Made by a program: the position numbers and the translations under genes. A stretch of DNA of 53,179 nucleotides from Pseudomonadota bacterium (lineage in GTDB: Bacteria; Bdellovibrionota_F; JAHFAK01; JBDREC01), in contig JBDREC010000075.1 in assembly GCA_043820105.1 (NCBI GenBank), positions 1 through 53,179 on the forward strand, read 5' to 3'. Under the pieces are notes generated by a model. The model was not told the DNA's origin and ran no database searches. It saw nothing but the letters and a program-made list of their open reading frames with translations. The stretch's first letter is position 1, and every line of letters starts with the position of its first letter. This document shows positions 40,071 to 51,050 of this stretch, piece after piece.

Positions 40071-41717
40071 ATGCAAGCAATTTCTGTTGAATTGATGAAA
40101 AAAGTTGATGCTCAAGCGATTAATGATATTGGTATACCTTCTTGTGTATTAATGGAAAATGCTGGTCGCAGCATATATCAACAAATCTGCAAAATATTTC
40201 AAGCTGATATTTTTAATAAAACTTTTTTAATTCTTGCAGGATGTGGAAATAATGGCGGGGATGGCTTTGTTTTGGCAAAATATTTTTTATTAGATAAAAT
40301 CAAACACACTGTTTTTACTATTTCACCAAAGAACACTTTTTCAAAAGATGCTGCTTTAAATAAGATAATTTATGAAAACCTGGGCGGCAAAAGCCAATTA
40401 ATTCAAAATGAAAATGATTTAAAAGAATTAGAAAATAACATTGAGCAATGCAATATCATAGTAGATTCAATTTTTGGAACTGGCCTATCAAAAGATATCA
40501 CTGGTATTTACAAAAATGCAATTGATCTAATGAATGCCAGAAAAGAGAATCAAGCTCTTATTTCTATTGATATTCCATCTGGTCTTAATGGTAACACTGG
40601 ACTACCACAAGGGGTCTCGGTTAGGGCTGATCATACAATTACAATGGCTTTTCCAAAAATAGGTTTTTTCCAAGGTTTATCATCATCATCTGTTGGCGAT
40701 ATCTACATTGCTGATATTGGGATTGAAAGGCAGCTTGAAACAAAAGACGCGGTCATTGCTGATATAATAAACTATAAAAAATTTCAGGAAACCTTTATCC
40801 CACTAATAACTGATCGTAGTCTTTCCTCGCATAAAGGCACTTTTGGTCATTTGTATACAATTGGTGGAAGTGAAGGCAAATTGGGTGCAGTAAAGCTTGC
40901 CACTAGGTCTGCTTTAAAATCAGGCACCGGCTTATCAACGGCTTTGATTCCAAGATCATTAATGCCTGCATACCAGCAAACATCTCTAGAAGACATGTCT
41001 GTTGGACTTGAAGACAATTATGGTTTTATTTCAGAAAAATCAATTGATCATGTTTTAGAGATTCTAGAAACAGCTAATGCATTAGTATTAGGACCTGGAT
41101 TATCCTTTAGAAAAGAACTTTTCAGTTTTATTGATAAAATTATTGCTTCTCTTAATGTTCCTATACTTATTGATGCTGATGGCCTAAATATTCTCAGCAC
41201 AAACATAAATATTTTAGACAAAAAGAAAAACGAACTAATCCTCACTCCACATCCAAAAGAAATGGCCAGGCTAATAAACAAAGATGTGTCTTTTGTACAG
41301 AACAATAGAATTCAAGTAGCTCAAGAATTTTCAAATAAATTTGGCCTTACTGTTGTTTTAAAAGGTTATAGGACAATTGTTGCAAATAAAAACGGTGAAA
41401 CAAGCATTATTACATCAGGTAACCCAGGCATGGCAACAGCGGGTTCTGGTGACGTTCTATCTGGAATAATCGGCTCTTTTCTTGCAATGAAAATTGCCCC
41501 ATATACAGCTTCTGTTAACGGAGCTTTTTTACATGGTGCCTGTGGGGATCTTGCCTCTATTACACATGGAGAAGAAAGCATGACTGCAAAAGATATTTAT
41601 GAAAATTTACCTATTGTATTAAAACTTTTAAAGGACAAATCCTCATGGAGCTTCGAATCAAATCTGATTCCAGCAAAATCACAAAAAAATTGGGATTTTT
41701 ATTTGGGAAAATTTTAA
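40071..41717 (+). CDS. nnr: Bifunctional NAD(P)H-hydrate epimerase/dehydratase
   Basis: LMENAG, GNNGGDG, DIPSG, HKG.FG, GPGL, DADG, TPH..E, AGSGDVL. Confidence 0.95.
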   Translation: MQAISVELMKKVDAQAINDIGIPSCVLMENAGRSIYQQICKIFQADIFNKTFLILAGCGNNGGDGFVLAKYFLLDKIKHTVFTISPKNTFSKDAALNKIIYENLGGKSQLIQNENDLKELENNIEQCNIIVDSIFGTGLSKDITGIYKNAIDLMNARKENQALISIDIPSGLNGNTGLPQGVSVRADHTITMAFPKIGFFQGLSSSSVGDIYIADIGIERQLETKDAVIADIINYKKFQETFIPLITDRSLSSHKGTFGHLYTIGGSEGKLGAVKLATRSALKSGTGLSTALIPRSLMPAYQQTSLEDMSVGLEDNYGFISEKSIDHVLEILETANALVLGPGLSFRKELFSFIDKIIASLNVPILIDADGLNILSTNINILDKKKNELILTPHPKEMARLINKDVSFVQNNRIQVAQEFSNKFGLTVVLKGYRTIVANKNGETSIITSGNPGMATAGSGDVLSGIIGSFLAMKIAPYTASVNGAFLHGACGDLASITHGEESMTAKDIYENLPIVLKLLKDKSSWSFESNLIPAKSQKNWDFYLGKF

Positions 41718-42118
41718 ATAGCGCTACAATCATTGGTTTAACTGGAGACTTGGGAACAGGTAAAACTGTTTTTGTTTCAGGCCTGGCTGAGGGCATGCAA
41801 ATTCCAAAAAATAATTATGTTCACAGCCCTACCTTTTCTATATTAAATGTTTATAAGGGCATTAAAAATCTTTATCATTTAGACTTGTACAGAATTAAAG
41901 AAAGCTATGATTTAGAGTTTACAGGTTTTTATGATTTCGCCGGAAAAGATGGAGTTACTGCAATTGAATGGTATGATAATTTATTAGATATTGAAATCGA
42001 AATAGATATAAAAGTTGAAATAAAATATTTAGGTGAAAACAAAAGAGAAATCATTGTAACTTTTAAAAGTACTAGAGAAGATTTTAATAATATTGCCCTA
42101 CAAGCTAGAATGGAGTAA
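41645..42118 (+). CDS. tsaE: tRNA t6A biosynthesis ATPase TsaE
   Basis: GDLGTGKT, SPTF, HLDLYRI, IEW. Confidence 0.93.
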   Translation: MELRIKSDSSKITKKLGFLFGKILNSATIIGLTGDLGTGKTVFVSGLAEGMQIPKNNYVHSPTFSILNVYKGIKNLYHLDLYRIKESYDLEFTGFYDFAGKDGVTAIEWYDNLLDIEIEIDIKVEIKYLGENKREIIVTFKSTREDFNNIALQARME

Positions 42119-42120
42119 AC

Positions 42121-43488
42121 ATGACAAAATATGACCTCATAATTATTGGCGCAGGAGTCGGGGGATATACAGCGGCCATTAAAGCAGCGCAAGAAGGTTT
42201 AAAAACAGCAATAATTGAAAAAGATAAATTTGGCGGGGTTTGTCTTAACAAAGGTTGTATTCCTGTAAAAAGATTTTTTGAAGTTTCAAAAAGAATACTT
42301 GATATGAATAAATCTGAAACCATTGGAATAAAATCAAGCTATGAATTTGACTGGCAACAAATTCTGCAAAGCAAAGATCAGATTGTTAAAAAACTATCTA
42401 CTGGAGTAGAGTTTTTATTAAAAGGGCATATGATAGACAGCTATAAAGATGAAGCTAAAATAATAGATAAGAATAAGATACAAGTCGGAGAAGAAATACT
42501 TGAAACAGATAATTTAATTCTCGCCTGTGGTTCAAGACCATTGGCAGTTCTTTCAAACCTTCCTTGCCAAGATAAAATTATAAACTCTGACGGCGTTTTT
42601 AACCTGGAGGCTCTACCAGCTTCAATATTAATAGTAGGCGGTGGTGTAATAGGGGTTGAATTTGCAAATATTTTTTCTGCTCTTGGTGTTAATACATCTT
42701 TAGTAGAATTAATGCCAGAAATATTACCTGGAATTGATAATGAATTTGTTCGCCTGGCAAAAAGAGAATATCAAAAAAGAGGTATAAAGTTTCACACCTC
42801 AACTAAGATAGATAAATTAGAAAAAAATGAAAATAATATTACAGCCATTTGCTCAAACGGACAAGAAATTCAATGTGACCTCATACTCGAGGCAGTAGGC
42901 AGAACGCCAAATATGGATATCCCGCTTGCTCTTGAGCTAGAGCTTGATAATAATGGACGCATAAAAGTAGACAAAAAAATGCTAACATCAATTCCAAATG
43001 TATATGCAATTGGAGATATTACAGGAAGCTGGTTGCTTGCACATGTTGCAGCCCATGAAGGAATTGTTGCAGTTGAAAACATTTGTAAAAAAGAAAGTGA
43101 AATGAATTATGAACACATTCCACTATCAATTTTCACAGTCCCAGAAATATCATGGATTGGGAAAACTGAAGACGACTTTATTAAAGAATCAAGAACAATA
43201 AAGATTGGCAAATTCCTAATGGCAGCCAATGGGAAAGCGCTGACAATGGATAAAAAAGAAGGAATGGTAAAACTAATTGCTGATGAAAAAGATGGAATTA
43301 TTCTAGCTGGCGGCGTCATAGGAGCTGACGCTTCAAGCTTAATTGGAGAAATCGGCCTTGCCTGCAAAAACAAACTAAAAGCAACCGACATTTATAAAAC
43401 AATCCACTCCCACCCAACTCTAACGGAAACCATCCTAGAAGCAGCAATGGACATCGACAAAAAAGCCATACACAAAGTTTACAGATAA
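42121..43488 (+). CDS. lpdA: Dihydrolipoamide dehydrogenase
   Basis: GAGVGG, GGVCLNKGCIP, GGGVIGVE, LAHVA..EG, HPTLTE. Confidence 0.92.
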   Translation: MTKYDLIIIGAGVGGYTAAIKAAQEGLKTAIIEKDKFGGVCLNKGCIPVKRFFEVSKRILDMNKSETIGIKSSYEFDWQQILQSKDQIVKKLSTGVEFLLKGHMIDSYKDEAKIIDKNKIQVGEEILETDNLILACGSRPLAVLSNLPCQDKIINSDGVFNLEALPASILIVGGGVIGVEFANIFSALGVNTSLVELMPEILPGIDNEFVRLAKREYQKRGIKFHTSTKIDKLEKNENNITAICSNGQEIQCDLILEAVGRTPNMDIPLALELELDNNGRIKVDKKMLTSIPNVYAIGDITGSWLLAHVAAHEGIVAVENICKKESEMNYEHIPLSIFTVPEISWIGKTEDDFIKESRTIKIGKFLMAANGKALTMDKKEGMVKLIADEKDGIILAGGVIGADASSLIGEIGLACKNKLKATDIYKTIHSHPTLTETILEAAMDIDKKAIHKVYR

Positions 43489-43594
43489 ACCCTTGTTCCC
43501 CTGTTCTCTTGTTCTCTTGTTCCCCAAAATTCCCTTGCTTTCAAGCCCATTTTATTGTAAACAAGCCAGCTTAACAATATTAAGGATAAGATGT

Positions 43595-44074
43595 ATGTCA
43601 GATGAACAAAGACCTATTACTGTCCAAGGCTTTGAAGCCTTAAGGGCAGAAGTTGAAAGACTGATTAAAGAAGAACGACCTAAGGTTATTGCTGCCATAG
43701 CAGAAGCAAGAGGACATGGGGATTTGTCTGAAAACGCTGAATATGATGCTGCAAAAAATGAACAAGCCTTATTAGAAAAAAAGATCAGTCAAATGCAATC
43801 CAATATCGCAAATTCACAGATTATAGATATCTCAGACATAAAAGAAGATAAAATTGTATTTGGTGCAACCGTTACAATACAAAACACTGAAACAGATGAA
43901 AAAAGAATCTTTCAAATAGTTGGTGAAGATGAAGCTGATCTAAAAAAAGGCAAGATATCAATTAAAGCTCCAATAGCAAAAGCACTAATTGGAAAAAGAA
44001 TTGAGGATGAAGTGATTGTTAGTGCCCCAGGCGGTGAGATAGAGTATGTTATAATCAACTTTAAATACCTTTAA
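43595..44074 (+). CDS. greA: Transcription elongation factor GreA
   Basis: ARGHGDLSENAEYDAAK; start MSDEQ at ATG 43595. Confidence 0.95.
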   Translation: MSDEQRPITVQGFEALRAEVERLIKEERPKVIAAIAEARGHGDLSENAEYDAAKNEQALLEKKISQMQSNIANSQIIDISDIKEDKIVFGATVTIQNTETDEKRIFQIVGEDEADLKKGKISIKAPIAKALIGKRIEDEVIVSAPGGEIEYVIINFKYL

Positions 44075-44076
44075 TT

Positions 44077-44180
44077 AATCTTAAATCTTAAATCCTGAAT
44101 CTTAAATCTTAAATCTTAAATCCTGAATCTTAAATCTTAAATCTTAAATCTTGAATTTTGAATTTTGAATTTTGAATTTA
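44077..44180. repeat. ~15-unit heptamer array (AATCTTA/AATCCTG, then AATTTTG) filling the convergent greA/ffh gap
   Basis: Read directly; includes a 28-bp higher-order period. Confidence 0.9.
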
Positions 44181-45698
44181 TTATCTCCGCCCCTTCTTCC
44201 TAGCCTTTTTTTCTCTTTTTCTTTTGTTTTTATTTTTCTCTCTATCTTCTTTTGACTGAAAAGTAACCTGAGGTTTATTAATTCCTGCTCTTTTCTTTCC
44301 CATCATGCTTGAAAGGTCCATGTTTTTAAGGTTTTTGAGTTTAGATAGTTGACTTAATCCAGGTATTTTTCCCATTAGACCAGAACCACCAAGCTTAGCC
44401 ATCATATTTTTCATCATGGTAAACTTGTTTATTAGTTCATTTACTTCGCCTTCAAGGCGTCCGCTACCTTTTGCGATTCTGCTCATACGGGATGGTGTTT
44501 TTTTGATAAGATCTGGGTTTGCTCTTTCAGCTTTTGTCATGGAGTTAATCATTGCCTCAACTTTCACAAGCTCCCTATCGTCAAGAACGGCGCCTTCTGG
44601 AACCATGTCTGAAAAACCAGGCATTTTTTCAAAGACTGTTTGCAAAGGACCCATTTGCTTTATCATTTTTATTTGTTCCAAAAAATCCATAAAGGTGAAT
44701 TTTCCTTTTAGCATTCTTTTGGCATCTTCTTCTGCTTTTTTTTCATCAATAACTTTTTCAAAATCCTGAACAAGCCCAACAACATCACCCATTCCAAGAA
44801 TTCTAGTGGCTAAGCCTTCTGGCCTAAACTCCTCCAGGCTATCAAGATGCTCTCCCATTCCTAAAAACTTAATTGGTTTGCCTGTAACTTCTTTTATAGA
44901 AAGAGCAGCTCCACCTCTTGAATCACCATCAAGCTTCGTTACAATAAAGCCATCAACAGGAAGCTGGTTATTAAATTCCCGAGCTGTGGTCACGGCATCC
45001 TGACCAACCATTGCATCACAAACCATAAAAATATTATCTGGACTTGTCTTTTCATTGATAAGTCTAAGCTCTTTCATCATTTCTTCATCAATGCTTAACC
45101 TGCCTGCTGTATCAAACAGGATAATGTCATGATGATTTTTCTTTGCAAAACTAATGGCGTTGTTACAGATATTGAGGGGATCTTTGCCTTCGCTAAAAAC
45201 TGGAATACTCAATTGATTTCCAAGAACCATTAACTGCTGAGTAGCTGCAGGCCTGTAAACATCACCAGCCACAAATAATGGAGATTTGCCCTTATCTTTT
45301 AAATACGATCCAAGCTTAGCTATAGTTGTTGTTTTGCCACAGCCCTGAAGCCCAACAAGCATTATAATGGTAGGTCTTAGTGGATTATAATTGATTGAAG
45401 CATCAGCAGGTCCCATAAAAGATTCAAGCTCATCCTGGCAAATTTTTATAAACATATCCCCTGGGGTTAGCTTATAAGCCTTGTCTTTATGCTTAACTCT
45501 AAAATCAACAATCTCGCCAATAGCTTTTTCTTTAATATTATCAATAAAGCGCTTTACAACTGAATATTCAACATCAGCCTCAAGCAAAGAAACTCGAATT
45601 GAGCTGATAGCTTCCTGGATATTGTCTTCACTAATTTCAATCTTGCCCTGCATTCTCTGCCTGGCAGATCTAAATCCCTTTGAAATAACTTCTAGCAT
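44181..45698 (-). CDS. ffh: Signal recognition particle protein Ffh
   Basis: GLQGCGKTT, DVYRPAA, DTAGR, TKLDGD.RGG, RILGMGD, M-domain RIAKGSG. Confidence 0.97.
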   Translation of the reverse strand: MLEVISKGFRSARQRMQGKIEISEDNIQEAISSIRVSLLEADVEYSVVKRFIDNIKEKAIGEIVDFRVKHKDKAYKLTPGDMFIKICQDELESFMGPADASINYNPLRPTIIMLVGLQGCGKTTTIAKLGSYLKDKGKSPLFVAGDVYRPAATQQLMVLGNQLSIPVFSEGKDPLNICNNAISFAKKNHHDIILFDTAGRLSIDEEMMKELRLINEKTSPDNIFMVCDAMVGQDAVTTAREFNNQLPVDGFIVTKLDGDSRGGAALSIKEVTGKPIKFLGMGEHLDSLEEFRPEGLATRILGMGDVVGLVQDFEKVIDEKKAEEDAKRMLKGKFTFMDFLEQIKMIKQMGPLQTVFEKMPGFSDMVPEGAVLDDRELVKVEAMINSMTKAERANPDLIKKTPSRMSRIAKGSGRLEGEVNELINKFTMMKNMMAKLGGSGLMGKIPGLSQLSKLKNLKNMDLSSMMGKKRAGINKPQVTFQSKEDREKNKNKRKREKKARKKGRR

Positions 45699-45850
45699 TT
45701 AGCAATCCTTTTTGCGTACAGCGTACGGCATTAATATTAAATAAACTTTCAAAATCAGATACATTATCTTTAGAAATCGGTCAAGATTACAATTGACTTT
45801 TTATGCTACTAAAAAAAGAATATCCAATACTGAATAGCGAATACTAACTA

Positions 45851-45922
<72 letters not shown>

Positions 45923-46020
45923 TTTATTAAATAGCCATTATTAGATATTATTATGGTTGTAATTTGTTATTATAATTTATAAAATTTTTTTACTTAAATT
46001 ATTAAGAGCACAATGCAAAA

Positions 46021-47901
46021 ATGACTGCAAAAATTGAAATAGTACTTATTGCAAAAAATAAAAACATTTTCATAAAGCTCATAAACCTTTTTGACAAAAA
46101 GGTTTTTATGCTTTCCCATATATCTGATGACACTTCCTTGGCTAAAGTAATTAAAAAAGCAAGCCTTCTTGTTTACTTTAAAAGTGATTTTGAAGATTCT
46201 CCTAAATTAAGCAAAAAAATTGAAAACTTACTTTCACCCCTTTTAATTCCAGTTGTTGTAATGAGCAATTCAATTCAAAATGAATTTAACAATAAGAACC
46301 ACCTTCAATTAATAAATGATACTATTTCAAATGAAAACCTTCTGCAAATTTGCAGATCATTATTAAATTTTTATGAAAAAGAAAAAACTCACTGTTTAAT
46401 CATAGCTGAGCTTTTAACAGCTGTTAATGAAACTCTATATGGGGTCTTGTGTTTTGACTCTTTTGATCAATTAATATTATTTAATAAAAAAGCCGAAGAA
46501 TTGACATCTATGGATTTAAAATCTAAGACATTAACTTCTTCAAAGTTTTTTGAATTAATGAATCTTTCTCAAAAAGAAATTATTAGATTAAATGATAAAA
46601 ATTCTTTGGCTATAAATACTGAGATCCTTGGAAACAGTATTAACTTAAAGATGATGCCACTTAATTCAGATGACAATAATGCAAGCGGAAAACTTCTTAT
46701 ATTAAGAGATAATACTGAGGCTGATTCAGAAAGAATGAAATCAGCTTTTTTATCTGTTGTTTCCCATGAACTAAGAACACCTTTAACAGTTATTAAAAAT
46801 GTTTTTGAAATTTTAACAACAATGATCCATGAGTCCTTGCCTCCTGAGCAAAAAAATGAAGTTTTAAATCTCGGGGTTAAGAACTCAAAACGCCTTTCAC
46901 AAATCATTGATGACTTGCTTGATATTTCCTTAATTGAATCTCAAACAATGGAGCTTAACTATCAGGCATTTGATTTATACTCTCTATTAAAAACTATTGG
47001 AGAAGATTATAGCAAGAAGTATGACTTTAAAAATATTAATTTTATTCAAAAAATAGATGCTAAACTAAATTCCGTACCTGGAGATCCAGAAAGAATAAAA
47101 CAGATTCTTTTAAAGATCATTAGTAATGCCATAAAATTTTCTCCAACGGAAGCGAAAATAGAACTAAAAGGCAAGTTATGCTCTGGAAAAGAAATCAATG
47201 GTTTATATAAAGATTACCTTCTTCCAAATACAATCCCAATTGAAGCTAAAAGGAAGTATGCAGTCATCTCTGTCAAAGATGAAGGGGTTGGAATTGGAAA
47301 AGAAGATCTCAATAAAATCTTTTTAAAATTTCAACAAGTAGAAGACATAGACACCAGAAAGTTTCAGGGCATTGGGCTTGGCTTATCAATTATTAAAGCA
47401 TTAATTGAAAAGCATGATGGAACTATTTTCATAAAAAGTGAAAAAGATAAAGGGACTGCCTTTATTTTTACAATTCCCATGTTAACCTCTCAAGAGCTTC
47501 TACATAAAATTATAAGCGAAAAAGTGGGGGCAGCTGCAAGAAATAATATGAATCTTTTAGCAATCTCAATTCAAATTACTAACTATCCAAAACTTGATAA
47601 AAATCTAATCAAAATAATTAAAAATAAACTTGAAAAGAATCTAGAAGCCCTTATCTCACACTCTCTTTTCAGGTCGTCAGATGCTGCATATTATAATCAA
47701 AAAACAAAGCAGATGATCCTTGTTGTAACTGGAAGCAAAAAAGAAAATGCTCCTAAAATCGTTGATAGGGTTATAAATAATTTAAATACCTTTTTAAAGG
47801 ATCATGAAATAGCCTGGAAAATGGATTTTATAACTAAAGCAAGTGGTTTCCCTGAAGATGCCTCTGATGCCAAAAGTTTTTTAAATTGCATATTTGAATA
47901 A
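46021..47901 (+). CDS. Cytoplasmic sensor histidine kinase (PAS-like, HisKA, HATPase, degenerate GGDEF-like tail)
   Basis: VSHELRTPL, NAIKFS, DEGVGI, GIGLGL; C-terminal FRSSD segment without GGDEF. Confidence 0.9.
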   Translation: MTAKIEIVLIAKNKNIFIKLINLFDKKVFMLSHISDDTSLAKVIKKASLLVYFKSDFEDSPKLSKKIENLLSPLLIPVVVMSNSIQNEFNNKNHLQLINDTISNENLLQICRSLLNFYEKEKTHCLIIAELLTAVNETLYGVLCFDSFDQLILFNKKAEELTSMDLKSKTLTSSKFFELMNLSQKEIIRLNDKNSLAINTEILGNSINLKMMPLNSDDNNASGKLLILRDNTEADSERMKSAFLSVVSHELRTPLTVIKNVFEILTTMIHESLPPEQKNEVLNLGVKNSKRLSQIIDDLLDISLIESQTMELNYQAFDLYSLLKTIGEDYSKKYDFKNINFIQKIDAKLNSVPGDPERIKQILLKIISNAIKFSPTEAKIELKGKLCSGKEINGLYKDYLLPNTIPIEAKRKYAVISVKDEGVGIGKEDLNKIFLKFQQVEDIDTRKFQGIGLGLSIIKALIEKHDGTIFIKSEKDKGTAFIFTIPMLTSQELLHKIISEKVGAAARNNMNLLAISIQITNYPKLDKNLIKIIKNKLEKNLEALISHSLFRSSDAAYYNQKTKQMILVVTGSKKENAPKIVDRVINNLNTFLKDHEIAWKMDFITKASGFPEDASDAKSFLNCIFE

Positions 47902-48005
47902 AATTAAGTAAATTTTTATGGCTATTGTGAATAAATTAATTGTTTGTGCTTATTTAAGATATAAGGTAAAATTAAAAACTTTTTGAAAAAGAACAAGGAA
48001 AATAA

Positions 48006-48374
48006 ATGTCTGACAAAAAAATTCTAATTGTTGATGATGAAATAGATATTTTAGCATCCATTAAAATTGTCTTAGAAGGAAATGGCTATTTGGTCAAAAC
48101 AACTACAAATGGTGATAATGTCATTAATATAATGACCAATGACACTCCTGACCTTGTGCTTCTTGATGTTATGCTTCCTGGAATCAGTGGTTATAGCATT
48201 TGTTGGCAAATAAAAAATAATGAAAAACTTAAAAGCATCCCAGTGGTATTTATTACAGCGAAAAGCAACGAATCCGACAAGTTAATGGGAGAACAAATGA
48301 AGGGTGATGGATATATAAATAAACCTTTTGAAAAAGATGAGCTTCTTTCAGTAATTAAATCTTTCATTGGCTAA
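48006..48374 (+). CDS. Single-domain response regulator
   Basis: VDD, LLDVMLP, ITA, KPF. Confidence 0.93.
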   Translation: MSDKKILIVDDEIDILASIKIVLEGNGYLVKTTTNGDNVINIMTNDTPDLVLLDVMLPGISGYSICWQIKNNEKLKSIPVVFITAKSNESDKLMGEQMKGDGYINKPFEKDELLSVIKSFIG

Positions 48375-48420
48375 TCCCACCCCTTCTATTCAAAGAGGAA
48401 AGGAATTCATACAAAATACA

Positions 48421-49263
48421 ATGCCTGGCAAAATAAAAGTTAAATTTTGGGGTGTTCGCGGATCTATTCCTACTCCAGGAAAAGAAACCATTAGATATGG
48501 TGGCAACACATCTTGTGTTGAAATAAGAGTAGCTGATAAAATTTTAATCTTTGATGGTGGCACCGGATTGCGCCTTCTTGGAGAAGAACTATTAAAGGAA
48601 AAAACGGTTTCAGCATCAATCTTTTTTTCTCATTTTCACTGGGATCACATTCAGGGATTCCCATTTTTCACTCCAGCTTTTCTTTCTAAAAATCATTTCG
48701 AAATTTTTGGCGAAAAGAAAATGACCTTTACCTTAAAAGACGCCCTTTCAGGACAAATGACAACAAATCATTTTCCAGTTACAATAAAACAAATGGAAAG
48801 CTTACTGAAATTTAACAATATAAATCCTGGCAATATAATTAATCTGGGAGATGATATCAAAATATATACACACAAGTTGAATCATCCTGGTGGAAGCATG
48901 GCTTATAAGGTTGAATATCATAATAAACATATTGTTTTTGCTACAGATCATGAGCATTCAAGTGAAAGAATAAATATTTCACTTTCTTCATTTATTCAGG
49001 ATGCTGATTTGCTTATATATGACTGCACTTATACTGAAGATGAATACATGGGAACAAATGGCAAGTTGTCAAAAAAAGGCTTTGGTCATTCAACATGGCA
49101 AGAGGCAGTTAGGCTTTGCAAAAATAACAATGCAAAAAGATTGGCTTTATTTCATCATGACCCATCCCATAATGATGCCTTTCTTGATAATCTTGAGAAA
49201 GTGTGTCAGAAAGTATTTCCATTATCAAAAGTATCTTATGAAGGTCTTGAGTTAGAAATATAA
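48421..49263 (+). CDS. MBL-fold metallo-hydrolase
   Basis: WGVRGSIP, GGNTSC, SHFHWDHIQG, HPGG, TDHE, GHS, FHHDP; alternative TTG start at 48367. Confidence 0.9.
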   Translation: MPGKIKVKFWGVRGSIPTPGKETIRYGGNTSCVEIRVADKILIFDGGTGLRLLGEELLKEKTVSASIFFSHFHWDHIQGFPFFTPAFLSKNHFEIFGEKKMTFTLKDALSGQMTTNHFPVTIKQMESLLKFNNINPGNIINLGDDIKIYTHKLNHPGGSMAYKVEYHNKHIVFATDHEHSSERINISLSSFIQDADLLIYDCTYTEDEYMGTNGKLSKKGFGHSTWQEAVRLCKNNNAKRLALFHHDPSHNDAFLDNLEKVCQKVFPLSKVSYEGLELEI

Positions 49264-49281
49264 GAAAGAAATAAAATATCA

Positions 49282-49491
49282 ATGAACCCCGTAAATCAAA
49301 ATATTAAATTGTCAATTTTCATGACTTTATTTATCTTTATTTTTATACAAATACCATTCTTATCCATTTATAATTTCTCAATCACAACCAAGTATAAATA
49401 TTTTATATTCTCAACAATCGCCTTTGTTTCTATATGTTTTATTACTGCTGTTTTATTTTTAATTCTTGAAAATAAGCGGGATAATTCCTGA
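49282..49491 (+). CDS. Small two-TM protein, possibly degenerate NuoA-like
   Basis: Two hydrophobic helices; precedes the NuoH-like gene. Confidence 0.35.
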   Translation: MNPVNQNIKLSIFMTLFIFIFIQIPFLSIYNFSITTKYKYFIFSTIAFVSICFITAVLFLILENKRDNS

Positions 49492-50509
49492 AATTATGAT
49501 AACTATTATTTTAAAATTATTATTACTCGTTTTTTTTCAAGTTATATTCATTTACCCAGGCTTATTGTATTTTGAAGAAGTCATATTAAATATCTTAAAT
49601 AATAAAAACCAAAGGGAAGAAAGACCCTCTCTTTTCAAGCCCTTGCTTGGCCACTATCATATTTTCAGAAGAGAATTAAAAACATATAAACCCTTACATA
49701 TTATAAAATTTTATTTTTCCCCTCTTCTGGGATTGCTTTCTATATTACTAATTTTTCCTTTATTATCTGTAAATATCTTTATAGATCTCAGCTCATTATT
49801 TAGTATAAAAGCAAATTTATTTGTATGTTCATTTGAAATTTCTATGACTATAATTTGTTTATTTTTGTTCTTTAACCAAGTATTGTATTTGCTGTATTAT
49901 CTTTTAAGTGATAGCAAAGAATCTAAAGAAAATAAAAGTAAAATAATTGAACAAAGCACTACTTTTATAATACCTGCTTTCATTAGCATTTTGACCTTGG
50001 CTTTTTTTTCAAGTGCTTTTTCATTAGATAATATTTGCTTACAAGTAGAAAGTCTTCTGTTTATATTTTCATTTTTAATTGCCTTCTTAATAATATGTTT
50101 ATTTTTATTTGTATCAATTCCCATAAACCAAAACCTTTTCACTAAAGATTCTTGTGCAAACCACCTTGTAAATATGAATAACTACCTTCAGATATTTGCA
50201 TGCCTCTCAATAATTGTAGTTTTATTTTTCGCTGGAGAAAACTTAAGTTCTTCTATAAGCTTTCAAGATATTTTCTCGCTTATTGGAATTGAAAAAGAAT
50301 ATTTTTTCAAATATCTATTCTTTATTCCATTCTTTTTCCTAATTATAAAAAATTTTTTGGCTTTCTTTTTATATAAAATATTGTGCTTTTCTTTTCCAAA
50401 AGTGAATTTTGATAAGATGATTTCATATTTTAATTATAAATTACTCTTATTGAGTTTATTAAATCTACTGTTACTTATTATTCTAATCTTTGTTAGCGAG
50501 GGATTTTAA
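49466..50509 (+). CDS. Highly diverged NuoH/ND1-like membrane protein
   Basis: PSLFKPL....IFRRE, FYFSP, LFFAG, IK...FPKVNFDKM...YKLLLLSLLNL echo NuoH motifs. Confidence 0.55.
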   Translation: MKISGIIPEIMITIILKLLLLVFFQVIFIYPGLLYFEEVILNILNNKNQREERPSLFKPLLGHYHIFRRELKTYKPLHIIKFYFSPLLGLLSILLIFPLLSVNIFIDLSSLFSIKANLFVCSFEISMTIICLFLFFNQVLYLLYYLLSDSKESKENKSKIIEQSTTFIIPAFISILTLAFFSSAFSLDNICLQVESLLFIFSFLIAFLIICLFLFVSIPINQNLFTKDSCANHLVNMNNYLQIFACLSIIVVLFFAGENLSSSISFQDIFSLIGIEKEYFFKYLFFIPFFFLIIKNFLAFFLYKILCFSFPKVNFDKMISYFNYKLLLLSLLNLLLLIILIFVSEGF

Positions 50510-50992
50510 ATGGCAAATCTATTAGAACTTTTCTTGTTTATTTGCCTAATTATCATTAATTTTTATATTTGCTCTAATGTAAATAACTTAAAAAAAATAT
50601 GCGCCTTATTCCTTTTATATACGCTAATTGCAATCGCTTTTCTGTTTTGTCTAAACCTAAGCTTTATACCTATGTTATTGTTTATTACACTTTTACCAAT
50701 AATCGCATATTTTTCAATAAGCACTTCCACATTATCAAAAGAAAATTTTGAGGATATTAAGGGCAAATTAAAGTTTAAAGTTTTATTATATATTATTATT
50801 TGCTTAAGTCTTATTTTTTATATTTCTTTTTTCATAAGCTCATTTTTACCTTCTCAGGATTTTATAAGTGATAGTCCAACCAGCCTTGCCTATCTACTTT
50901 TTTCTAAGTATATCGTACACTTATTTCTTGTAAGCTCTTTTATATTAACATTTATTTTTATTATTAGTACAATTAAAAAAGATTTAAGCTAA
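50510..50992 (+). CDS. Highly diverged NuoJ/ND6-like membrane protein
   Basis: Five TM helices; LAYLLFSKYIVHLFLVS resembles NuoJ G..LFT.YLLPFE..S. Confidence 0.45.
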   Translation: MANLLELFLFICLIIINFYICSNVNNLKKICALFLLYTLIAIAFLFCLNLSFIPMLLFITLLPIIAYFSISTSTLSKENFEDIKGKLKFKVLLYIIICLSLIFYISFFISSFLPSQDFISDSPTSLAYLLFSKYIVHLFLVSSFILTFIFIISTIKKDLS

Positions 50993-51050
50993 AAAAGTTT
51001 TTTATTTTTTAATTGAATATTTATGGCAAGGTGTGTTACAAGCATAAATT

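Noticed and set aside
39874..40115. Minus-strand ORFs with TTYHLP repeats
   Set aside because: Translation artefacts of the AAGTGGT heptamer array
41645..41717. 73-bp overlap of nnr and tsaE
   Set aside because: Most simply a short read-through tail on nnr; both proteins look intact
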